Part shown: positions 27,640 through 41,744 of the stretch, piece after piece
Numbering within the stretch: the stretch's first letter is position 1
Layout: every line of letters begins with the position of its first letter
From: Kudoa neothunni
Taxonomy: Eukaryota; Animalia; Cnidaria
DNA length: 64,000 nt
Assembly: GCA_964304625.1 (NCBI GenBank)
Contig: OZ199838.1
Coordinates: 1,715,927-1,779,926, forward strand
Reading direction: 5' to 3'
Notes under the pieces: model-generated
The model's input: only the letters and a program-made list of their open reading frames with translations
What the model was told of the DNA's origin: nothing
Databases searched by the model: none
Position numbers and translations under genes: made by a program

Positions 27640-27950
27640 CACGAACGAATGTTGTATATCATCTTAAGTACGTTAAAAGGTAGAGAAGAGTAAACTTTCA
27701 AAGTTTCAGTAGTATTTACACACCGAAAATTAGAGTTAGTTACGCATATCACTGAACCCATTAGCAAAACCATGTGCAGTGGTAATCTCATTATCATCAG
27801 CTCTAATCTGTTTACTAAAAGTTTACACGACAAATGCAACATTTTATAAGAAAGCAGACAACCCCGTTATAGTTTTTTAATTAATTTTGTATTTTTAAAG
27901 TACAAAAATAATCTCAAATACTAAATAAAGTCTCTCTATAAGGAGAAGAT
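27640..27950 (-). repeat. Inverted, diverged partial copy of the Helitron family A interior (24090-24400)
   Basis: The reverse complement shares tctccttatagagagacttt, gttgtctgct, gtaaacagattag, gataatgagatta and tacaacattcgtt blocks. Confidence 0.75.
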
Positions 27951-28410
27951 AGATTAGTTCAAAGAATTTAAGTTAAGTATTTCAATGTCTAAAAATAAAC
28001 GACAAAATAAAAAATATTCTTATATTCGCAAAACTATTAAAATACTTTCAGTAATTAAGCTATTTTGGAACTTATTCGATCAATAATAAAATAAAAACAA
28101 TAGATATATTTAATATGACATTTATTTCATAAGAAGGTTTAATTGACAATAATTTTTAAAATCCGTAACAGACTTAATTATTAAAAGAATTTGAATTCAC
28201 CTGAAGATTATCAGATCCCTGAAAAGCATGCATCGGAGAAAGCGTAATATTTTGCGATATAAATATTACTTGATATGAAAATATTATGAAATAACAGAAA
28301 AGAACCGTAAACATTCGGAGTAACTCATCCAATAGATTGAATGGGGTTAATATGAACAAATATACCGGTTTACATAATAATAGATTAGTAATCGTTATAA
28401 TTCATTCAAA

Positions 28411-31326
28411 ATGAAATTTAATAACATAAACTTTATTCCCTTGATTATACTTGCATGTAGTTCAAATAGCGTTTGATTTCATTGATTGTTAATTAGTCGC
28501 ATATTCTCATTCTACATACAGATACTTCAAATGCTGCCAGAGAAGTTTATTATCAGTTGAAAGATCCTCTTGAAAGTTCCGCTGAAATTCACATTGAATT
28601 AAAAGGTTCAGAATATGAAGGAACAAAAAAATGTCGTATAATGAAAGAAAACGCCAATGGAAATGGATATGATGATATAGACAGATGTGAAGGTAAGGAC
28701 AATAATATTAATATGTGTGTCCGGACTTGTACTGGAAAAGGCAATAATCTTAGCTATATAACTTTTTCCCCGAGGTCGAAATATGTTTATATAAAGGACG
28801 GGAATGCTGCGGCTGATGTAAAAGACGAAGCACACAAAAAGGGTGGGAATGTTTTTGGTTTTCAAATACGTATAATTGAATAACTTCTTTATATTTTAAT
28901 ATAAATTTAGCGTTGTTGGTTGATCCAGCTATTGTGGGATGGACACATATGGCGATCAATTAATGCTAAAGGCAGTTACTTGTAAACCAGTTGCATGCCC
29001 TATTTATTACAAAGGCATAAAATACAAAGATGTACCTGAAGGGGATAATTGTATATCATCGTACTCCAGTAATGGTGACTCCTATGCCAACGCAGTTGAA
29101 TATGGCATCAAAATCCCATATTTTGAAGTGAGATGCACCGATTATCCCATATTCTACTACCATATGCCAAATTATTACATGAGAGAGGAAACAGACATTT
29201 ATAAGCCACAGTTCTACGTTAAATATAAATCTGAAGCGAAAAAAACACAATATCAACTTAAATTCACCAACTCATTTCCAAGTGAAATATGCTTATTCAG
29301 TATTAGGGATGGAGTAGATAACCCTTCTCCAAATCCAGCTGTTTATTCCTCCAAATGCGGTGACACAAGTAAATCTTGCTATGCCCCATGTGACGACGTG
29401 GAGCTCACTCTTGAACAAACTAAACCCATCGTTGAAATATTGATTCAAAGAAGACATCATAATTTAGTAGCAGATACAGAAGGGAGAGTAGGGGGATATA
29501 CCTATAAAAAATATGGTAAATAAATAATTTATTTCTCTTTTAAGATTTTATAGCTATAGTTGAACCCAGTGAATCAGATAAGGCGCTGATCTCTTCTATT
29601 ACAAGTACTGGGGTTAACATAAATCGGCCGTTATTGGCGCCATCGGATGGAACTAATGTAAACTTTGATCAATGCAACGTTAAATATTATGCCGCAGGCA
29701 CGCCTAAGGGCGGTCTTAATATTGAAGCAGTATGTTCAAGTGGGCAAAAATGCACCGGTAGTTGCAGTTCAGTTGCCACTATACAAGGCCTACCTAAAGG
29801 GAAATCACTCATGTTTGAAATTGCTTCTAATAGTATACCAAACTATAATGGATTAAAGAATACCTATATATTGAAACAGGTAATAAAAATTTAAGTATCC
29901 TATTTTTAACATAATAAAGAAAAAAATGGGGAAAAATTATTTAATTCGGCCCAGCCAACTCTGAGGGATACGTCTATCATAATAAAGGCAATAGATGGAA
30001 GTCCTGGAAATGAATCAACCGAGCCTGTATGTGACTTCTATGTAGTGCTACAGGGAAAAATCTGTTTGTAGAAGCTGCATGTTTGGATAGCGTACCCTGC
30101 AGAGGCTTATGCAAGATTCCAAAACTGTTGTTGACCTTGAGCCTAATACAGCGTACGACGTTAAGGTTGTAGCATATTCCGAGTATGGTTCTACCACATT
30201 TCCCAATCTTAAAACGAGTAATTATGGTTATTATATGAATGTTTTCAGTAATATTTAAAATAGTATTCTCTAATCTTGCGCTTGCTAAAGAACCATTAGA
30301 CAGGGGTTACAGAATCAAAGGCATATTGTCAACACCGTACGCTAAAGCGCAATGTCATTATCAAATTAAAGAGAAAAGGGGAGGTCCATGGGAGACTGTT
30401 TTCTCTTGCCCGGCTAATGCACCCAAATCAGCATTGTCAATAATGCTAAGTGAAAATGATGGAATTATTATTGCTAGAACAGGTACAGACAAACAGCAAC
30501 CACTCGCAAATCTAGCATCTACAAAACATTGTACTGAAGTGCCATTATGTGAAAATATCGTATTCAGTGATGGCTTTGATGCAAACAAGGAATATAAAAT
30601 ATTTGTTACAGCTGTTGGTAGATCAAAAGAGTCAGTAATTACGATAGAACCAAGTAAACTTTATCAGTTGTTAACAGGAATTATTTTTATCTATTGAAAT
30701 AATCAATAATAATATTTCCTCATGATAATAAAAATATTAACATTTATTTAGAACCATTACCGGTGCCCCCTACTGAACCATCGAAAAAAATAACTGTTGT
30801 CATTAATCGTGAGGGTACAACACTAAAAGTCACCAGCATTCTTCCCGAGGGTAAAGCCAAAGGATCCAAATGTAATTGGAGATTGGTAAATTCAAATGAT
30901 CCTGCAAGACCAACGGTCAAAAAAAAAATGTACTGGTAATTCAGGCGGTGATTGCAACTCACTGCCAGATTGTGAAAGTTTCACCATTGAAAATGTGGAG
31001 GATTTAAATGATTATCACCTGACGATTTATCACAATGAAGATGCAACAGTATTTGGGGCCGAAGAAATTAAGAAAGGTAAAAATTTTCCTATCGATCAGC
31101 TATATTGATTTAAATTGTAGGAGAAGCGGGAAGTAGATCAACGTAAATTTTATAATAATCAGAAAACTTATTATATTATTTTCTAGGTCAAGCAAAAACA
31201 CTATGTATTATGTTGGAATTAAGATTCATTTAAATATTAAATTTTAGAATCATCATAGCGGTTGTGGCAATAATTGTTGTGATTGGAGGAATAGGTGCTT
31301 TTATTGCATTCCGAAAAAGAAACTAG
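28411..31326 (+). CDS. Orphan type I membrane protein (~800 aa) with tandem Cys-braced FN3-like modules; about 5 single-base frameshifts in this assembly
   Basis: Signal peptide MKFNNINFIPLIILAYTSNA (intron 28457-28521). Repeated ~100-130-aa modules, each with 4 Cys. FN3-type motif DLEPNTAYDVKVVAYSEYG. TM helix IIIIAVVAIIVVIGGIGAFIAF followed by RKRN* (31326). Microexons at 31121-31142 and 31187-31204. Confidence 0.8.
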
Positions 31327-34300
31327 GTTGATGAAACTTAATAAGAAAGATCGTTTTAGATTTCAATATTTACCGATTATTATTCTCTTATTTTATATTC
31401 AGTATATTTTATTCAACTATTGCGAAGTAATAATTTTAACCTTAAATTTATAGATATTGGTTTTTCGAATAATTATTTTTATTTAATTTAAATCCCGAAA
31501 TAAAATTTTCTATTATAAAAATTATTAAATTTCAAATTATATGAGGTTTTTTTGCCTGGTTTAATGTCACCTTGAAAACTTTTGGTGAATTTCTCAGTTC
31601 TTGGACTTACAATAAGTTTTATTATAAAGTGTGAAAAAATGAAGTCAATGTATTAATATAATAAATTTATGAGATGGATATACGTATCGGCTGCTTTTTA
31701 ATTCCAAAATATTTTTAAACATAACCAAAATAATTAATATATTAGAAGTTAATTTTTTTAATAGGAAAATAGAGTTATAATTTTTTGAAATATCCACAGA
31801 AAAAATTCCGCAAATGACACTACAAAAGGTCTTAGATAATTCAATAAAATAAGCAAGAAGACTTATATCATGTGTTCAGTGCTTCACAACATGAATTTTT
31901 CAGATGAGTAAATGTTTTAAGTTAAGAAATCTGGGGAAACCTTGTTTACAAATAATGTTTTTGGGAGAAATTTTCCTTCCTCATATCAAAGTTCAAAATA
32001 ATAGATTATTACAATGACAAGGATATGCAAATAAATTGTATTTAGAATAAATTTTTTAGCATGGGACTTTTCGATAGAACCATAATCACGTGACAGCCCG
32101 GGGGTTTATAGGAGGCACTGGCTATTCTCATGGAAACGAATAACTTCTCCGTTATAGAACATATTTTAAATCTAATTCCTTATTTGAATTTAACAATTTT
32201 TGAGCTAATTTTGTATGCAAAAATTATTAGAAAATTTAAAGAATAAAAATTCGACATTTTGTCTGCCCTATTTACATTGTTCAATAAGTACACTTACATT
32301 TTTGATCCTAATATTGTGTAATATGAACATTTTAGTTAAAATGAAACGTAAACATATCTAATGGCGGTTAGCAACCCTTAGTTTATACATCTCAACGCAC
32401 GCAGTTCAACTTAGAATAAGTCATCTCCAATCATTTACGCAACATGTATGTTTCTATCATAACATTTTTTGATATAAATTTAACAAAATTGTCGTTAATC
32501 TATGGATATTAACTGGATTCAAACTATTTTACATCGGTGTAAACCACTTTTCATATGTATCTATAAGATTGTACCATAATTTCGGGGAATTTTCGTTGTT
32601 TCATACCTACGAATGTATTTACTTTAATCAGAAGTACGAGAAAGGTTTTCATGGTGCTTATTCGTGAATACAGAACCTATGAGTTTAAATTTAAGAGTAA
32701 GTCTATAATGCTTAATATAATCTTATTTATCAATTTTTAACAGCCAGGGTGATTCTAAATTTATTGCATCAATTCTTCTGGTAGTGTCTCAGCGGGTACA
32801 TTTATAAAATGAAAATTTTTGAATGGTGATTTTTGGGGGTACGATTGTTTGGCTTTTGTAAAGCGAGTCAACGAAGGAATGTTGTAGGTATTATATTAAA
32901 CAATGTTGGAGTTAAGATAACGGTTAATTCCTCCTTGAGCAGCTTGAATTGTTCTGAACAATTTCGTTTTAATATTCGCAAACATTTTCTTCCTGATACT
33001 GAGAAATGTGTAATTTTAATAGTTCAGAAAAATCAAATTTCGCTCCAATGAAGAATTGATCAACTTCTCCACTAGCCATGGTTGTTTAGCTATGCGCCCA
33101 ACAAAATTTCTCCAAAATAACCATATTCGAAATTTTAACAGTACAATAATATTTTTTAATAAAAGATATAGGGTTGAACAAATAAATTTAAAAGTGTTTC
33201 ATAGGAAGCAATAATGACACCACTTTTCAGACTTATTCCATGCAATTGATATTTTATATCTTGCAAAAGCTTAAATTTCTTTTCTACAATTTAATGTAAT
33301 ATATAAACTTGTTCTACAGATTTCAGTTATTTTAAAGTTCCTTAAAATTTAGAAATAGTCTCGGGAAATAGAACGTCCAACAACCAAATAGGATTCACGC
33401 GCATATTCAGTCATGGTGGGTGACACGAGAATGCACGAACAGCACAGTTTCTACTTATTAGTAGATGTTTTCACTTTTTATTTCAATTTTCGGTTGTAAG
33501 AGTTGAATTTCTGGTCTTAAGGAAATCTTTCCTTCGCACTTTTATATTATTTTTGATACCACATACAGTGTATGAATTAATAGAAGTTACACCTGATAAG
33601 ATTTAAAAAATAACGACTGGTCATCTGTTATAAATATATATATATCATTTTAACAAATTTCATCAAATAATCCTAAGAATCGATAAAATCAGAATCATGT
33701 TGTTACAAGGGAACATATTTATTTTCAGATATTATTATAATTTTAATTAATCCTAACGTGATTTTAATATATAGATAATGTTGTATAAATACCATATGAT
33801 ATATTCTAAAATAATTTTATTAATATTTATATAACTGAAATTAATAAATAAATCATTAGCTGACTTCGACTGTCATCGGTTCACACGTAAATTATGATTA
33901 TTTCGTTATCGAGCCGGTAAAAACCTTTTTTAAAGAACATAATTATATTTCATAATATTATGTATCAAAATAAGAAGTAAACATCTGGGGTTCTCCTGGA
34001 CCCCAAAACTGCTTGGCGTATGTAGTCATTTTTGATATGCTTGGAGGGTTAATACTGAACTTCAAACGTAGGAACCCGGCTCAAAACTAAAACAAACTCG
34101 ACCTAATTTATATAATCAATCGGCAAAAAATATTTATTTAAAAAAAATAAATGAATTTCTGGTGAAACTAAAACAAAACACAAGTATAACGACAAAATAA
34201 CGATAATGCGGTTTCATGCAATTCATATTTGTTCTTTGGGAGTTAATCCCAGGTGTCGAACTTCCAATTAATTTAAATATTATGAATTCAATTATCGAAC

Positions 34301-35084
34301 AAAAATGATCAACTTAAATGAAATATATTAATTTAATTAAAAGTACCGCATTCATTACTTAAAAAATGAGTTGTTCTTCCCAATATGATGATTAAGCAGA
34401 CATGCGTCTCTTTTCAGACTAATTATAAAGTTTAGTAGGAAATGGCAATAAAAGATACTATGAGTCATGTAATTTATGTAAAACTATTAAAAATAGATAT
34501 AACACGAAAATCTGAAGCTACATGTTAGTCGATGTCAAAAGAATCATAAAAATAGAATCACGAGGTACACGCAGCAATACATGCTTTGTTATTATCGAAA
34601 ATATACGAATCTCTTGGAGTTTGTCGCGTGTTTTTTAATGACGGATGTTGCATCACGGACGAGGTTTTCATTTTTATGTTGACTTCTGAGTTGATGCTAT
34701 AATAAATAGTGAACCAAAGAGTACTCATAATTATTATGATGTTAGTGGTTTCACTTACAAACAACAATATTTTATGCTATTTATATGCATAATGATTTCG
34801 CCAAAGAATATCCATCGTCTTTTTGTCGTTATGTTGGCGTGTGTATTATTAAAATGTTAAGTTGGAAGTTGTAGTCCGGATTTCCTATGTACTAATGTAA
34901 TTTTCGAGAGTTTGCTGAGCAGTAGGTTTAAGTTCTGACGCTCCTTAGAGTGTTGTTGCCACTGATTTTTGCTCTGTAGACGAATGCGCTTTCTATCTCT
35001 TGTTTAATGACAAGCGTTGATAACTTTTTATGTAGTTTTTGACTAATATTTCTTGTTCCTTAAGAAGAATAAGTTCTTGATTAA

Positions 35085-36400
35085 CCATCTAGCGACGTGA
35101 AAACAACTCACCTCTAATGTCGTTGGGGTGGACTTGACCCCAGATTTTTATGGATCATTTTATTCGTAAAATTAATATAAAGTAATATGTAAAGTTTTAA
35201 AAAATTCTTACGAACAGATTTCCAGGAAAAATACAGAATATTGACACCATTAAGCCCATTTTAATCCTATCGGATGATTTCGCGCATTGTTCGAAAACTT
35301 CTATAAACGCGGCCAGCGGATGAAATGTGTATTTTTGGTAAAGATGAGTAGATGACTAAATAAAAAATAATATATAATCAAATTAATTCTTTATTTTGAG
35401 CAATCCAAACAGACTTTTGATGAGTGATCTTTGCAATAATATCGTTGGCATATTTCGCAATATTAAGTTGTTTTATATCGTTTTTTCGAGGACATAATTG
35501 GCACCTAGATTGTGATTTCGAATTTGAAGGAAAATTATGTTTATTTGGATTGGATCTAAAAGTCCTTTTGACTACTTTTTCAATTTTAGTATTTCAACTA
35601 AGAAGTGGCCCCAACAATAATTCTGCCATTTCTTTTAAAAAACGTTTCATTCTGGGGAGTTTTCTTTGAAAATATTTTTCTCACGGAAGAGGAATATGGT
35701 CTTATGCAACACCCCTGTTCCTTGATTGAAACACACATGGAGGCAAATCCCTCTTATTGCTCCTTATAATTCCAAGATAAATAAAGCGTTTTTGCAGCAA
35801 CTTTGATGCCAGTGATAGCGATGAAAAAAAATTATCAGCAGCAATGTTCTTCCCAGAATTGTACAATGGAGACGCAAGTGAGAGAACAATACTTTCGCCA
35901 ACTCCAACACTTCTAATAGCGTTTTCGCCATTTTCCCGAGATAAACAGAAATATTTAGGACATAATTTCTCAACGGGATCGGCCATGAGAAAAAATTCAA
36001 TCAAATATTTCGCCTTTTTTAGGCATATACAGTAATGTCTCGATATTGCGTAACAATTTGGGCCCTCGAAAAATTTCCGCAATATCGAATCATCTATTTT
36101 ATTGGTTTATGTTCTATTACTAATAATTTCATGTACAGCATCCACAACTGGACGCAGAGAAAACAACGCTTTAGGATTATCGATGATAAACGCTTTTCTT
36201 AATGTATTAATTGCACTTTTTATTGAGATGTTGTGACAAATTTATCTTTTTGTTCAAAATCAGGATCTTCACTACACACAGTGACTTTAACTCATCATCG
36301 TCATTCTCATTCTCATCCTCACCCTCACCTAGATGTAAGATTTCATTTTCTTCCGGCAGAATTATATCATCAACATTGTTATCTATAAATATAATTTTTA
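35085..36400 (-). mobile_element. Decayed piggyBac transposase
   Basis: ORF 35702-36082 contains VLSLASPLYNSGKNIAADNFFSSLSLASKLL...LGIIRSNKRDLP (piggyBac D(N)FF motif). TTAA|cc end and ggggtggacttgacccc subterminal palindrome near 35085-35141. Confidence 0.85.
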
Positions 36401-36549
36401 AAATTCTTCTGTTATGTTACCTTATAATGTTATTTCATCCACGCATTCCATTAAAATTTTCTCATCTTAATTTTTCAATAAAAATAAAAGAAATAATCGA
36501 TAATATACTTTTGAAAATAGGGCGATTTATTAAAACAATTACCAATAAT

Positions 36550-37630
36550 TGAAACCGTAACCATTTCCCAAGCCAATTTTATAGTATTTAAACAATCGAA
36601 CACAGTATATTTAAATCTATCTGGGCAATCCTATTCAAATATAATATCTTTGCATGGTAGTTTTATATAATTTGATTTTAAACTATGAATTATTCCCAGA
36701 TCCATAGGTTGCACCACACTGGTTGTGTTTTTCGGTGGAAATAGGAGCTCGATGTTTCCCAAATTATCGATCGATTTTGGACGAGATGGGCATTGATCCA
36801 ATAAAATTAAAGCCTTTCTGTTTTCGTTAATGAAATTATGGTTCATCTCTTTCAAGATCTGAAAAAATAGCTGAGGACATCCAGCCATTCGCTTGCGAAT
36901 GATATTCAACTGGAAACTCTTTAATTCCCCTAAAACGGGGAGGTTTATTAAATTTTCCTATTGCATGTAATGGAAATTTTTCTCCTGTTATTGGAGCAGT
37001 GATCAAAACCATAAAACGATTTTTAGATTGTTTTACACCCTTTACATTTTGTTCATTTATAGTAATGTATGTACGTTGTATCAACTGTTCATAATAAAGA
37101 CCTGTCTCATTCAAACTTAGTATGTTTTTTGGGTGGTACCTGGATAAAATCTCGGACTACTTGCCTATCCATTCATAAATACATTTAAAGTCAGCACTTT
37201 CAGTTTCTCCGTGTAATTTAGAACTTTTCAGAACACAACGCATCCTGATATTATTAAACCATCCCCTGATTCCATTAAAATTGTTGATTTCAATATCTTT
37301 GGCGATAATAGAAGCTTTTTCGATAATTATTAACCCAGATAATAGTTTATTTTTATCTCGCATTGAAACTATCCTGTTGTAAAGGTTGTTTTCAAGATCT
37401 TCATATTTTCCGGGTTTAAATATTTTTCTAGATATCGCAATACTTGAATTTGTAATTTCATTTTGTTTTGCCAAGATTCTATCAAGAGTAGAATGGCCTA
37501 TTTTAAATTACCGAAAAATATTAGAATTAGAATCATTTGGCAAACCTAAATGTTTGACAGTCATAGCTTTAGCATCATCTATAGACTTAAGAGAGTTATA
37601 ATAATCAATTATTTTAATTTTATCCAATAT
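36550..37630 (-). mobile_element. Decayed pogo/Tigger (CENP-B HTH + DDE_1) transposase
   Basis: GKYEDLENNLY...LSGLIIIEKA...GWF...KLHGETESAD, NETGLYY, SKNRFMVL, LLDQCPS, PPKNTTSVVQPMDLGIIHSLKSNY; frameshifted. Confidence 0.9.
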
Positions 37631-37679
37631 AGTTCCTTGAGGTCTTAACGTGTTTATGATACTGCAACCAGTGGATTAA

Positions 37680-40103
37680 AGGATTATTTTTATTTCTTCC
37701 ATTCGTTTTACGCGTTATACTGCGAATAATAGAAAAGATCACAAACACCAAAACAATATATTTTTCATATACGTTGAATACACCAGTTTGCGATAGTAGT
37801 TAATAAATTGTGAATTGGTGATATTACCACTTCAAATGATTTTATACTATTATTTTTATCGAATTAAAAGTTTGGAGGTGTTAATAAGTTTTTAAATTAC
37901 GCTCAAAACATCTATTTAATAAATGTTCTATCGAAATTCGCGTGAGTTACTAACTAATTAAATGCACTGGTATAGCGGAAAACACATAGATTCTTTCACA
38001 GTCGATCTTATTCATATTTCGAAATGAAAATATCTCGATGACTTTATTAAATAATTAAATTAGAGATACATTATATTTAAAAAATTAGAGTTCTGGATTT
38101 ACATACAGAGTGGACGAGAGTGACCAACTAAATAATGATATCACACAGGATGAAAACAAAACGTTAATTTACAGATATATTAAATATATTTGTCCCCTCG
38201 GAGATATAAACTGTAAAAGTAAATATTTACAAGATTTCCAATCATTATTGATGAAGGGTTATCTAGCATTCATTGTCATATCTTTTCGGGATGAATGACT
38301 TGGAGCACTTAAGTATCACATCACCCATAATCATCCTCAATATGATGTAAGTTATTACAAACACATTTAAAATGTCTCTAATGAACTAAGACGAACTTTG
38401 TCACAATGTCTTATTTGGGATGCAGGCAATAAGCTAATGAAAGAAACTCTTGGATCCGATCTCAATATTCCGTTTAGTTAATAAAAATACGAAATTTAAA
38501 GCATGGTACAAAGAAGGAATCCCAGCCCAGCCCAGCCCAGGATTCGTTTGGTATGGATATTCTTACTACAAAGTACAATGGTAAATTATTACTTGATGGC
38601 TATAATTAATGAAAATACATACGAATTAAACGTTTTATATTTCAGTACCCAAAATATGAAAAAGTTATTTGTTGGTTATAGTGAAGTTTTACATATTGAT
38701 GCCACTTACAAGGTTAATAAAACGAGATACCCATTATCCCATTTCACTATCGTTGATTCTAACAGACGTACACGTCCTGTTTTTTTCGCATTTGTAAAAA
38801 ACGAATTCCAAGATTCCACTGATACAGTTATGTCTTCGTTTTGTAGACTAATGAATGAAGTGACCATCACAGAAGTAGTTTTTGTTGATAAGGATTCCAC
38901 AGAAATGAACTCGATAGAGAAATTCCTACCTAATGCTAGAATATTATTGTGTTCCTATCACGTTGAAAATTCTATGATGAGAAAAATAAAACTTCTTTCA
39001 AAAAAGATCACTTATTGCAAAACTTGGGGCGAATTTCTTTGTTACGTACAAGAAATCAAGGAAATAAGTGATCCTTATTTCTCTTCTCGTACCTGGTTAA
39101 ATGTTGGTTGAAAAATCCGGAGAAGTGTGCCCCAATGCTTGTGCAAAAGCGCATTAACCTTTGGTTCGAATACAAAAAATAGAGTCGAGCAGGCTCACGG
39201 TAAACTAAACAGTTTCTTATCAAAATCTTCTTCGTTGCGGTACAAATTGAGAAGATTCTGCGGTAAGTACGCATATCGGAAAGCGAATTTACCATCAAAC
39301 AAAAACGACTATCTATGCAAACTATAAAAATATCAGGTGACCCAGTGTGTAATAAACTTTTAAATTGTTGCTCACCATACGGTATGGAATAAATTATAAA
39401 TCTGGGTAGTTTATCACAATGTGAGAACTTGAATCCAATTATTTTGTCCATCTGTTGTCTAACTCTGCTATGGTTACTAAAACTAGCGGATCATTGATTT
39501 GTGACTGTCCCGTTTTCCATCAACACAAACTACCGTGTGCCCATCTATTAAATATGATCAAAATACATATTATAAAATTTGATTCACTTATTATTCCACG
39601 ATAGGCCCATACAAATTTGCCTCCCCAAACATCGTTGGACTCCTTTTCAAAACGAGACACTGATACAGTGAAAGTTACTTCATCTGATTCAATTATGAAT
39701 GCTGAATAGCTGAATGAAACGATTCCTGCTTGCGAAGAATGTGAGACAAACGAAAAAATAACTTTAAAAATAACAAAGAACTGACGGACAAACTGTTACA
39801 TACATTAAATGCACTTGGGGGTAATGAGTATTCCAGTTTATTCAAAGAAATTACCTCATTATTGCAAAAATATGAAGTAAACAGAATGTATTTTTATTAA
39901 AATGCCGCTGACAACGTTGGAAGATGGTCTCATTTTATCGCTAATGAAGTTAAAACCAAAGGTAGATCCAACGAAAGAACAAATTACATGAAATTTAGAA
40001 AATAATTTTATTAATGATTAATTACGCATGAAAAAATATGTTGATTTGGTATTAATGATTTTTGTTTTATAATTCGCAGAATGAAAGAAATAAAAATAAT
40101 CCT
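37680..40103 (+). mobile_element. Mutator/MULE-type element (MULE DDE + SWIM finger) with ~90-bp TIRs, pseudogenised
   Basis: LHIDATYKVN, VFVDKD, ILLCSYHV, TKNRVEQAHGKL and SWIM CDCPVFHQHKLPCAHL (~39500-39547). TIRs aggattattttt...tgcgaat... at both ends, each flanked by TTAA. Confidence 0.85.
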
Positions 40104-41744
40104 TTAATCCTCTCGCGCATACTCCAAATATTGTGGCGGGAGACACTATCAATATTTACACAAATCTACTAATGATGGTTTTATTTATACCCAATAATTT
40201 CATCTCTATTATTATAAAACTAATTTTATTGAGAGAAATATTCTATGAAACTTTCAATAAGATTATAAAAATAATTACGAAAATAAATTGTATAGATAAT
40301 CCCACGAACAAAAATTAATTGTTTGAGTTTATAATGCTATATTATAATGAATTCCAATACACAGATTAAAATAATTAAATAAATACGCAATTTAAATTAA
40401 TAAATTTCATATTAACGATAAGATTTAAGGATATCCCCTTAGCATATGTTAATTATACCCGCATTGCGCAGAGCATAACGCAGTAATGTAGTTCTCGTAT
40501 TATAAAGTTTTCCGGCGCATTCAATGATGTCATTGCATATAAATATCCAAAAATATTTTATTGTTCGATCCAAGTGCAAAAATCTATATAGAACAAATAT
40601 GCAATACTTGTATTATTTCTGTAAAAATTTAAAGCAGATTTCTTCAAGAAATCTTCTAAAAAATACCAAAAATTAAATAATTTTAACAATAATTTCATTC
40701 GTCGTTACTAAACTCAACTAAGGCATGATTAACAACGTTACGAGAAATTTTAACGATCCACGCATGCCAACTAGCTCTAATATATTTAAGCCACAAATAT
40801 TCTTATTCTTTACGAAGAATACATTGGATGAAGAGTGATATCGTTATAACCGAATATATTGTATCATTAACTTTTACAATAAAGACGTAATAATTAAATA
40901 TACGAAGAGAACTCTCGCTCAAGTATTATTCTCATCCTGAAGGCGCATAACTTTAATTTAAATGAGAGTTATCTCTTAAAAACTCCCTCCAATACACTAG
41001 AAAACATCTACTATACGTAAATGACACAGTAGGAATTAGCAGCATTAGTTGTTAGAAAAAATCACACAACACCACAAAGATATTGAAGCGGGGTGGATTT
41101 GAAGATGCCTGTTGATCCGCCATACTCGATAGTAGCATTAATGTGAAGGTTATCAACAATTAGGGGTGTTGTATTGAAATATAGCGAGCTTCAAATTAAT
41201 AGTCATTTCAAAAGATCTCACAATTAGGAAAATCCGCATAAGAATGAAACTAATATGTTTCAAAGGAGGACCACTAAAATTTTGAAAGGTTTCATTGAAT
41301 CAAACTAAAATTGATGAGAAACGAGGATACATGGCAGGTTTAAATAGTTATCAATGATAAGATTGTTTACTAAGCCATATTTATAAAATAAAACTTAAAG
41401 TCTTAGACTCATTAAAATCCTTAAAAATGGAAAAATGCGCTCAAATTGTTGTGTTATATCTCGTTAACGGCGCAACCAAAGCCAGCGTGATATTTACCAA
41501 ATCCCACAATAAACAATAATGTCTAAATGGTAAACTGGTATTATAAATGGAAAACGGTATAGTGTTGTTAAAAATAAATAAAAATTGTTAACACAGTCCA
41601 ATACAAATAAAACGGTCAAATTGTGTGTGAGTTGACACAACGTGAATAAAATGATAGGATTAAGTGTTAAAAATTTCGATTATTATCGAGTCCGGCGTTT
41701 CACGATTGATGAATCGACTTATTGTCGCCAAACAGAGTCGTATT

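Noticed and set aside
28921-28923. In-frame TGA upstream of ORF 28939 as selenocysteine or readthrough
   Set aside because: The phase-1 splice puts this segment in another frame (PLLVDPAIVG). A single missing base near 28937 explains the join more simply.
41080-41135. B-box-like ttcaaatcc on the minus strand (tRNA/SINE)
   Set aside because: No cloverleaf or A-box could be built.
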